Assembly (NCBI RefSeq): GCF_018977255.1
Contig: NW_024704743.1
Coordinates: 48,112,001 to 48,176,000, forward strand
Source: Callorhinchus milii
Taxonomy: Eukaryota
DNA length: 64,000 nt
Direction: 5' to 3'
The translations under genes were made by a program, and so were the position numbers. Below the pieces are notes generated by a model. The model was not told where the DNA came from, made no database searches, and worked only from the letters and a program-made list of their open reading frames with translations. This document shows, piece after piece, positions 54,041 to 64,000 of this stretch (within the stretch, counting starts at the first letter, position 1; each line of letters opens with the position of its first letter).

Positions 54041-57000
54041 AGCCGAAATTAATTCAGCGATGGGTCATCTTCAAATTAGCCTTCCTGTTTTAGAGCGGTG
54101 TCAGCTCTTAAGCACAGACTCCAGACAAATCCCCTGTACAAGCTAGATTTTTTAAAGCATAATTGCCAAAAAAAATCCTCAGAATCCACACTAAAATGCA
54201 GGGTATTAAGCAAATTGTTATCCTTGTTTCGGGTCAAAGTTCATCCTATCACCGAATAAATGAATATTTAATGGTGTTTTATTGCCCCCATTCTAATGAC
54301 AGGTCACGTTCTGAGTAATCTTCTCCATAAACGCTGACGTCTTAATCAATACAGGGGTTTAGTTTTATGACAGAATGGAGACACAGAAAGTCGGCTAATA
54401 TTGTAGGCCTAACGAGGCTTTACTGTCAGCGTATATTGTGATACAACGACTTATTTCGTTACAGACGCCAAGTTAGAATAAAATCGCAATTACCTAACTT
54501 TAATAAGCTTTGGACAAACAAGTCTGGGCGACAGTGTAAGTTGTTCTTACGCTTCGCATCAGGGCCATCTTATGGCAGATTGCAATTGCGCTGTAATGCG
54601 GTATTTAGCTATCGCACTGTTGATAGAATCATTAAAATACTGCAGTGCGATTACGTTTCCAATTCTACAAAAGGCGTTTTGTATTACAAACTATTGTGAA
54701 GCACTTTGCTGTATAATTATGCAAAAANTGGTTGACATAAACAAGTTAAACACGCAGAGCGAGCCCGATAATATTACAGTCGAGTCTTTCCTTCAATCAT
54801 ATTTTGCTGACATTGATTTCAAGCTAAAACTGACTTGAAATTGCGACTGCTTTTCAATATAAAGCACTCACATATATATATATATAGTAATGGGAGAATT
54901 ATAAACTTTGTAGATACTGGGAATAAAACACCTCGGTCTAAAGTAGCGGTATTAAACATAGTAGAAGTCGCCCTTTAATCCTCAGCCATCAATCGCCACC
55001 AGGCAAATACACCAGGCAAGACAGACAATCTGACAGGTTGCAGAATGGGGCGAAACAGAATATACAAATGATCGAGAGAACATTCAGGGAATATTTAGAC
55101 TATTGAAAGCTAGTGTGGGTTAATTTCACTTCCAAATAAAAGTACAGAAGTAGATTTTTCAACAATTAGTCACAATAGTTGTCGATGCACTAACTAGCTG
55201 CCTGACCCGAACTGCAACTGACAACCGCAGCATACAGTTTAGCGATGTAATTACACCGGCACCAAAAGCTGTTCCCAACATGTAATCTGGATTAGCCAAG
55301 ACACGACAGAGCTTACACAATTAAAATTGACATGGTTTCAATTTTTGGACGCGAAAACATCTGAAGTGTGCGAATGAGTAGGTATGACAGACGAAGCAAA
55401 TAAAACTTGAAACTATTTTTGATGTTTTTTTTTCCCCCGAATGTTTCGAGCGCACTAACTAAAGTCCGGAGCTTATCTTTCTGCTCTTACAGTAACCTTT
55501 ACTGAATCGGGAGGAATTAGCACCAACGCGATTCATTCATTAAACCGTATCCATCAAGGATTCTTTCTGGCCTCTTTTGAAGCATTTTTAGGATTCAGGT
55601 CGTTCGTGTCGATATGCTTGCTTAGTTTGACGGTATTTGTATGAAAACCATTCAAATATAATATCATTGCTATTTCTTATATTTCTGATTGCGTTAAGTA
55701 GCAGAATGCAGAATTGTGCGTGATTGTATTTATCTACGCGATAAGACACTAATTTGTTTCAAAATAATTAACTGACTCTACACACAAGATAAGTCGAGTT
55801 CTGACCTTTCGATAGTTTTGCCCATAAGGTTAAACAAACGTACTTCAGGTTGTGAGTACCAATTCATCATTTTAAGAGCACACCATCATTTTAGCAGTGT
55901 AGAAACCACATCCGTGAAGCTATACGCAACACTTAGTACTTGAAAACAATCCAGGAATTAACTACTGTATAACACTGTGGACGCATGGAGTCACACACCA
56001 GTATAATGACAAAAATATACTTCACATAACCACTCATAGTAATTTGGATTTTATCCAATAATTTGAAATTAAATGGTTAGGATTTTTAAATAACTCGCAT
56101 GTCTTGCACTCAATACCTTGTCGATTGTCATTTTTAATCGATTAACCAGATCATCAAAACATTTCATTTTACAAGCAGGGTGATTTTAAATCTCTATGCA
56201 TGTATATGGATATATGGATGTATGTCATCGTTTATTTACATACACACTCCAAGTATCAGTCTTTCTCTTGCGATGTGACATTAATATAAAGTTTCCGAAA
56301 TCCAATATTATCGATCGTTAGTTTAAACACAATTTACGCAGTTAATACCAGTAAGTATGAAAAGAATAAATCGATATCAATCAGGATGGACTAACCACGC
56401 ACCCAGTAATATTTCAGATGAAGGTAAGCGATAGAGAAACAGTGGAGAAAGAGACAAAATTTTTCAGAAAAATTGGCACAATCGCTCGGTGCAAAATGCA
56501 AACAACTTGTTTGAAACAAAACGGAATCGTTATTAATTTACGCTTTTTTCGATTTATTTAATTTAGGACGATGTTAATAAGCAGCCAAGGGCTTCGCTGT
56601 CAAATAAAATTTACAAAAATAATTTGCTGGCGCTGCTGAGTATTCTGCAGCTGTTATTTCTTCCGACCCATTCGCCTTTTAATCGCAAATCTGCAATCAC
56701 AATGACCCCCGTCTAGAAAAAAAGCTACAGAAAACAACATCTAAACAGGTCACAGCGTGAATGTATTTTCGAAAAGTAAATCGACCTTAAAGATTTTCAA
56801 ACATAATTTATGTAGCTATTAAAATAAAAGCAAGATTTTTAATACGGTCTTGATTTTTTTTTGCATGTTACTAAACGGGTGATTTAAAAATTCTATGCAT
56901 GCAACTATAGGATTGGCGTATTATGTCATGTAACATATTTATACACACACACACTTGAAGTTAAGCTCACGTGCTTCGAAGCATTTATAATGTGTGTTCC

Positions 57001-58040
57001 TTGTTTGTCGGTGGGCGCAATCTCGTGACTGGAGATATAATAATATTGGTTGTGCCTTCTTCACATGTTGCATATATACACAATCTCATGTATTATATTT
57101 CAAACTAGAGATGCTTTGCCATTTGCAGCTGCGTGTAGTTCTGAGTTCTGCACCTCCAGCATTGTTTGACAATGGACAGGCAGTGTGGTGTGCAATATGT
57201 GTTTCTTACAACCTTTTATGCATAGTCGTTTCTGATCTGTACTTCAGTAAATCCTGTCCACTACCGCTAGATAAGTTCCTACCTGTATTAACTCTCCACG
57301 ACATCTTTTGCCTTAAATAAATAAATAAATAATTCAAAGCCTTTTCAATACTTTTCTTTCAGGTGAATATTAAAAAGGCCATGTACTGTATCAGATCAAA
57401 CTTCAAATACGCAGTCACTAAACTGTCTTCACATAAAAATGAAAATAATAGCGACGATGAATGGATCATCTTTTGTTTTTATATTTTTCATGTTTTTTGC
57501 CATGGTGCTTGCGTGTGCCATAAATTACATTGGGTGGTGAAGGGTTCAATGACGTTTTCTTCAAACGTTAACAGTATATTTGGAACCAGTGCAACGCTAA
57601 CTTTGTAAAGCTCAGAAAGTTTTAAATTAATGTTGTTTTCCCACTGATTATAGTTATACTGCAAATGGTAGATGTCTCAGTCCCCCCCCCACACACACAC
57701 ACACTACCTCTGCTCAGTTGGTTTTATTTCCCACATCAGTTCCGGGTGTCTGCTCTCACCCGCCTCCCCTCCCCCCATGAATTGGAAATAAGTCACTTTT
57801 CAACTACCTCAGATGTAACACCTGCTTCTTTGTTTCAATCTACACACTGTATATGAATCTGAACAATCTTCTCATGTGAGTCAATGATTCACACGCACTT
57901 TCTCCAGTGTCCTATACTTTATTGACTGCATTGTTTTGTCTTTGATTCTAAAGTGAATTTGATTCAAAACGTGATCAAAAACCCCAGTAGCGGAATTATA
58001 GCTCAGTAATCAAAGTGCAGCGTATTTTTTTTAAAAAACA

Positions 58041-58080
58041 GGTTTATTACGGTTTATAAAGGTTTATTAGGGTTTATTGG
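58041..58080. repeat. 4 x 10-bp tandem repeat GGTTTATnnn
   Basis: GGTTTATTAC GGTTTATAAA GGTTTATTAG GGTTTATTGG. Confidence 0.85.
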
Positions 58081-58744
58081 AGAGCAGTCTATTGGACCTC
58101 GCAGGAAGGTTTCTAATGTAATTGGAGAGTCGGTTGCACTTTCTGCTCTTTAATAATACTGTAGTAAAAAATACCTGGTGTTTGGTGCCAGATAGACGAG
58201 TTCTGCACACAACGTTCAGTCACACAGGCTCAGAACTCCCCTCGGCCCCTCAGGGAGGGAAATATAAATTCTGTGTTTCACTTCAGATCACGTCTTTTAT
58301 GTAAAGCGACATGAAACACACAAATTGGCATTAATTACTTCGATTTCTAGGTCTCTCTGTGAAGCTCCTTCCTGCAGGTGTTTCATCCTGTTACACATTT
58401 TAATAAATGTCTGTAATAGAAATGTACCACATTATTGCCAGAATTTTACCCTCCCAATGCGATTACCTCTACAGAAATGGAAAGTAAAGCACAAATAGAA
58501 TCTAGTCCTTCAGATGAGAGATAAAACCAAGATTGAGCCTGTTTGATCTGCTGGTGCAGGTGGATATGAAAGATCGCATGATACCATTTCAAAGGCAGTA
58601 ACTTCTCCTGCTTGTGACTTAGCTAATTATCCAATTATTTTTAAATAACCACCAACTAAATCTGTTCTTTCACTTGACTGCAATTAATGGGAAGTGGCTC
58701 TCTCAAGTTTGCCATCTCAGAGAAGATTTCATATGGGTATAATT

Positions 58745-59038
58745 TTTTTGGGGTGGATAATAAACTCAGAACAATACTTTAGGATGCACCAAGACAGTAG
58801 AACAGGGACATAAGTTTACAGTTGCGAAGACTAATTTCGGGACAGATAACAGGAACTTTTTTTTTAACTCAGAGGATAATTTGAGGGAGGGTGATTGAGG
58901 TCAGGACACTGGACGCAGTTAAAAAGTGGCTTGATGTTCTGATGGGAGGACGGTACGAGGATATTCTGAAGGAATAAGATCAAATGGCCAAAGGACATTA
59001 TTCATCTGAAGTTTAACCAATCTTGTGATCTTGTGACC
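58745..59038 (+). mobile_element. Decayed CR1-type LINE 3' end
   Basis: Frameshifted translation approximates SRT.GHKF...FGTDNRNFFF.TQR...RVIEVRTLDAVKKWLDVLM, the CR1 RT C-terminal pattern, and ends in a TCTTGTGA x2 tail. Confidence 0.6.
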
Positions 59039-59989
59039 TTTCTGCCTGCATAAACGCAGTGGTTACACTCAGAAAAACTAATTGTGTGAAAACACTTTGC
59101 AACATTTCAATTCACTGTGTAAAATGCAAATATTACGAATAAAATAACAGATTTAAGAGTGTCATACCAAACAGAAACGTTTTCACAAAATAGAAACTAA
59201 AGTGTAATTATCACACTCAGCTTTGATCAAACAGAATTAAAGACAACAGAAACTTTCATTGTTTTACACCATCAACTATGGTTACAATTTACCCAAATTA
59301 TATACAATTGGTGACTGTGGAAATGTTTATTTAAAAGTCACGATATTGATAATTGGTAACAGAATTTAAATAAGGAAAAGGCCACTTTATGTACATGTGG
59401 TTTGGGGATGAAATAAGTGGTTTCAAAATGGTTTACACTGAGCAAACAAGGGGTATAATGATGTAATTTATGGGTTATACACGAGAAAATGTTTCTTTTG
59501 AAAACATTCCTGACCTCATAATTGAATACAGAATGCATAATCTGCTGCATAAATAATGAAGATGTTGCTTTTTGATGATATTATGCGATGAATAATAAAT
59601 TAGTATCTGTGGCTAACATGTAATGTTTGGCGCATGGGAAAATAATATTATGCAAAATATGTGAAAGGGAAGAGCTGAAGAAGAAACTGCTCCCACTATT
59701 CAGAAGGAACTGAATTTTTTTTGCTTCTCTGAATAAACTGACAATTACTCAGACTAAGCAATTAATACAATAAAAGAAACTTGAATTATTCATTGGCCAG
59801 ATCTTTGCCTACAAGAAAAACAGTCACATTAGTTGCTCTAAAGCGCTGTAAGATGTTTCAGTGTAATGAAACATTTCAAAAATGTGATCTCTCCCCCTCT
59901 CTCTTTTGATTCCTTCCCTCCTTTGTTCTTTCCATTCACCCATTCCTTTCCAAAATATCTATCAATGAGTAGACCACTAAAATACTTGA

Positions 59990-60092
59990 AACAAAAACAG
60001 AAGTCGCTGGGAACACTCAGCAGGTCAGGCAGCACCTATGGAGAAAGGAAAGTGAGTCAACGTTTCAGGTTAATGACCCTTCGTCAGACTCG
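59990..60092. mobile_element. Penelope-like terminal repeat fragment typical of chondrichthyan genomes
   Basis: AAACAGAAGTCGCTGGGAACACTCAGCAGGTCAGGCAGCACCTATGGAGAAAGG...AACGTTTCAGGTTAATGACCCTTCGTCAGA; family assignment is from memory. Confidence 0.55.
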
Positions 60093-60602
60093 AAATAATT
60101 ACATTTCTGTTTTCCAAGACTCTGGGTACCTAACTTTTGTTTACTTTATCTGATAAATAGGGCTAGTTGCACAATTTAGATAAGACTTACCTGAAAAGGA
60201 AAGTTGAGTCTACTTTTCCCACTCTCAATCACTCTTTGATGTGGCTTAGGAGAACTCCACACATTTGCAACTATATGTATCCAATGAACCCCACCAACTG
60301 GGGTTAGTTTTTTAATAACATTAAACATGGTTTTAAAAAGGTCTTAAAAAGGTCGAATGGACTCTCCAAGATCTTTAATATGAGTAGAAGCTAAATCTAC
60401 TCTGCCCAACTTCATATTACAGCAATACAAATTGGTGCAGTGATGAAATCATCTTCTTAAGGTTGTCTCAGCAGCCAGGCTCTCACAAAGCTAAGAAACT
60501 GCAAAGATAGTTCATTCATTCTATGGGAACGAAACTCCTGCCAATACCTTCAGCATGTCTTTAACTGAATGTCGAGGAAAAGGGCAATTATTCAATGTGG
60601 GA

Positions 60603-60730
60603 TTGGTTGCCACGATGGATTAGCAGCACATTAGCATTTCACCTATGGGATCTGAGTTTCACTTTAGCCCGGAATGATGGCATGGAAGTCTCTTTTTTCT
60701 GCCAGATGAAAGGATCCTGTGTGAATTAAT
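60603..60730 (+). mobile_element. Degenerate tRNA-derived SINE head
   Basis: TGG...TTAGCA...TTTCACCTATGGGATCTGAGTTTCA...AGCCCGGAATGATGG resembles decayed A/B-box SINE heads. Confidence 0.4.
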
Positions 60731-60744
60731 TGTCTTTCCATTTA

Positions 60745-61099
60745 ATATAACAACTATTATAATGGTGAAGCATCTCAAAATGCTTCACAGTAAAATTACT
60801 TTCAAATGTGGTTCACCACACATTTGTAGGTAAATGCAGCAGCTAATTTGCAAACAGCAAGATTTGATGCACAGCTAGGAATTACTATTGTATTTTATTT
60901 GGAGGAATGTTGGCTAAGATACTAGAATAAACTCTTTTGTATAGTGTAATGGGATCTTTAATGTCACCCGAACAAGCAGACGGCACATCAGTTTAGTGAT
61001 GCACCAAGAATGTATTAGTCTGTGAGCTCAAGTCCCAACATGAAATGTGAACCCATAGCCTTCTGATCTAGAGGCAAGACTGCTTCCTATTGGACCAAG
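60745..61099 (-). mobile_element. Ancient Deu-domain (SacSINE1-like) SINE, degenerate
   Basis: ATGGGATCTTTAATGTCACCCGAACAAGCAGACGG...GCTCAAGTC...TGAACCCATAGCCTTCTGATCTAGAGGCAAGACTGCT reads as the reverse of a tRNA head (B box GGGTTCA) plus Deu-like body. Confidence 0.6.
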
Positions 61100-62585
61100 T
61101 TGAATAGGTAGTGTAGTCCCAACCTACCAGTTTCTTGAGGGCATGGGATCAAAGCACAAAACTGCCCACAATTTGACAGAAATTCCAAATTTAATCAGAA
61201 AGGCCAGAAGAATGGCTATAATAGAAAATGAATAAATTCACATCATTACTGGAGGGATGATCTTCTGAATTTGGGGGTTAAGGAGACTGTTCCAACATTC
61301 CTCTGGCCTCTAGTTTGAAGGGGCATTATTTACATGTACATGCAAGGGTGGAATGTTAGGAGAATGAAATAATATATGTCTCATCTGACTTCAGTGCTCC
61401 TTCTCTTGTTCCTACTCCTTCAAATCACAATGGTAATGGAAAAAAACAATATTGTATGTTGAAAGGCTTGGTAAAGCTCACTAAGGGGGACTTCTGCTGC
61501 AAAGAAGCATTGAATTATTTACATCAGGCCAGATCTGGGTTTAGTGAATTTAATGATGGGAAACAGTCGAAATACCAATAAGTGGTGATGGAAGTGACAC
61601 ATACGGAAGAATTTTTTGCTTAAAAGCATGGACCTAGTGACACTGCCAGGCACTTGTAAATTGGGACATTTTCGAAAGGCAATTTATTTTGCTATAATTG
61701 CACAGGATTGGGCTTTGCAAATTTAAACTTACTGGAAATGTGTTTTGATTTATTATACCTATAGCACAGTAACCTCTAAGGCTGCACTATGCACACATGT
61801 GGTAGAGGTCCACATTGTATCCCTTCAGCGATATGATTTGAGTGAATTTCTAGCTACAATGTTTATGCTTGCCTTTTTTCCAGAAAAAATTCAAAAGGAC
61901 TAAAATTGAGACTATTCAAATGTTGAAACGTGAATATTAAAAGCTGGACTGCAAATGCACATCGTCCAGAAATACTACCGACATATCTGTAAAACTATCA
62001 CAATTTGGGCTCATTTCCCATGGTTGCTTTTAGATTAAATCCCTCTATAATTAAGTGACTTCAAGCTAATTTGGGTTTCAAGAGAGAAGTAGATAAGGAT
62101 ATAATAATAATATCTAATAATTATATCATTGGGAACAAACATCTCAGGAAACAAATCCCCAAATGATAAAGCATTGTTCTACCAATCTTTTAATAATGTC
62201 TTTATGAGTGCCTATAGGTTCAAGAAAATCAGCCCAACTGAGCAACAACATAATGAGCTAGTTCCCAGAGCTAGACAAAAACAAATGGTGAGCAGTATGA
62301 ACCCTATGCTGTTCCGTTGACACAACATTTGAGAAAACCAGCAGGTAATGTAACGATGCATCATCCCCACTTGTCACTGGTGACTGAGTCAACATTTACA
62401 ATACTCAGGAAATATTCTAAAATGAATCAAATAAAACATTAAAAAGGTACAAAAGAAAATCCATTAAAGAAGCCCCACTAATAATGTAATTCAGAAATTA
62501 TTTAAAATAAAACAAAAGCTTGAATACACATTTCAAAGTATTTTTCAAACCTAAAATTATCATATATTCTCAGAAGAGGGGTATA

Positions 62586-63245
62586 CAACAGCAACAACAA
62601 CAAAATGACATTTGTATAGCGCCTTTCATGTCAGGAGGACGTCCCAAGGCGCTGGACAGACAGAGTTATGGATCTGAGCTGAGGGTGGGGTGGGGAGGGT
62701 GGAGGGCAGGGGGAGAAGCAGGGAGATCGAAAGCACGGTCGAAGAGGAGGGTCTTGAGGTGGGTCTTGAAGATGGTGAGAGAGGGGGGCGAGACGGAGGG
62801 ACTGCGGAATGGAGTTCCAGAGGATGGGTGCAGAGTGGCGGAAGGTCCACCCACTGATAGTGGGCCAAGCAGGGCGGGGGATGTGAAGCAGACCGGAGCC
62901 CGCTGAGCGGGGGGAGCGAACAGGGTGGTAGGGGGTTAGGAGGTTGGAGAGGTAGGGTGGAGCAAGACCATGGAGGGCTTTGAAGGTGAGGACCAGGATC
63001 TTGAACTGTATCCCCTGAGTGACGGGAAGCCAGTGGAGCCGGGCGAGGATGGGGGTGATAGGGTCGCAGAGCCTCGTGCGGGAGAGGACATGGGCTGCAG
63101 AGTTCTGGATGATCTGCAGCCTGTGGAGGGAGGAGTTGAGGAGGCTGGCAAACAGTGAGTTTGAATAGTCGAGCCTCGATGTAATGAAGGTGTGTATGAG
63201 GGTTTTGGCGGCCCACGGTGTGAGACAGTGTCGGAGCCGGGCGAC
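62586..63245 (-). mobile_element. 5'-truncated L2-clade LINE (RT C-terminus, 3' UTR, (TTG)n tail)
   Basis: A minus frame absent from the ORF track reads VARLRHCLTPWAAKTLIHTFITSRLDYSNSL...LQIIQNSAAHVL...ITPILARLHWLPV...FKILVLTFKALHGLAPPYLS...APILWNSIP, then after one frameshift SLTIFKTHLKTLLFDRAF. L2 tail AAAGGCGCTATACAAATG...(TTG)n. Flanked by GTATA on both sides. Confidence 0.9.
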
Positions 63246-63654
63246 GTATAAGTAGCAATACTGCTCATGTGGTAGCTAGTAAAACATCAATGTATAATAT
63301 GACTCAGAAGGATTAAGTATGCTCAGTGCACAAAAGAAAATAATAGAAGTGTTGAGGTTTGCAAATGCACTCCTGTGTCCTATTCGCCTCTCTGGTATTT
63401 GATAATGTTAAATAAGGTTATTGTTCCATCTTGGAAACCCTACCCCCCCAACACTAGAACAATATGCTGGCCTTCACTGGTACTCAGATTATCTGGTTGT
63501 GTTCCTCCTATGTGCTAAACAATGGTTCTTGTATTGGAATGTGAAACCTTTAAATGGTAACCAACCCGATTAAAAATAGTCAGATGCTCACCCAGCATGG
63601 AGCTGTGTCCAATTACTCCATGCAATTAGTAATGCAGTTAAAAAATAAAATAAT

Positions 63655-63829
63655 AAATGGGTCACACAGTCCACAACTGTTTGTGGGACACTTCTGTGTG
63701 CAATGGCTGTCGTGTTTTGCCCACAAAATACACAGTCAATTCACTTTGCAGTATATTCTGGGAAGTGCTTTGGGACATCATGAAGACCTGATAAGGCACT
63801 ATATCAAATACAAGGATTATTATTATTAT
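63655..63829 (+). mobile_element. SINE 3' portion with L2-type tail (longest copy of the family in this window)
   Basis: CTGTTTGTGGGAC...TGTGTGCAATGGCTG...GTGCTTTGGGACATC...GATAAGGCACTATATCAAATACAAGG followed by (ATT)n; the 5' limit is uncertain. Confidence 0.7.
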
Positions 63830-64000
63830 GCTTCCATATGCTGTAAGTTTCTGAGAGTGGCCCTGTAGAAAATTCTGGGTTACCACGCTTAGAAAAACGT
63901 TGATAAGTATCACTGATTTAAGCCACAAATGTTCACTTATGTGCTGATCTAACTGTATATAATGCAATAAGAGAAAACATTTTTAAATCTCAAAACATGA

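Noticed and set aside
54728-54728. Ambiguous base n within an 88-aa ORF
   Set aside because: Sequencing ambiguity; the ORF has no coding signature.
62626-63258. 210-aa proline-rich minus-strand ORF and overlapping ORFs
   Set aside because: Alternative frames of the C-rich L2 fragment; the true RT homology is in another frame.
63860-63882. CCCTGTAGAA resembling part of mature miR-10
   Set aside because: Only about 10 nt match, wrong position and no CCGAATTTG continuation.

Overview
Vertebrate genomic DNA covering the 3' (anterior) half of a HoxA cluster. Six two-exon homeobox genes lie on the + strand in canonical order: Hoxa6, Hoxa5, Hoxa4, Hoxa3, Hoxa2, Hoxa1. About 13 kb of 3' flank follows. 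All introns are phase-1 GT-AG and splice into intact proteins (229, 281, 247, 409, 363 and 326 aa). The intact Hoxa6, the compact repeat-poor cluster and the flanking repeat types (Penelope-like end, Deu/SacSINE-like SINEs, L2, CR1) point to a cartilaginous fish, possibly elephant shark; this is inference. Recognisable cis-regulation includes four DR5 retinoic acid response elements, Hoxa2 hindbrain/neural-crest enhancers (upstream, intronic and exonic), a Hoxa3 r5/r6 enhancer, the Hox4 intronic HB1 element and miRNA seed sites. I found no wholly new biological system. The most interesting observations are regulatory: an inverted-CCAAT plus E-box module spaced 10-12 bp before every gene and at one orphan site, a TAATG stop-start uORF at Hoxa4, an overlapping uORF at Hoxa3, apparent absence of the mammalian Hoxa1 uAUG and Hoxa1-T splice donor, candidate non-coding or antisense exons, and a sharp rise in transposon remnants beyond about 58 kb. 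Comparisons with mammalian sequences are from memory and need alignment.
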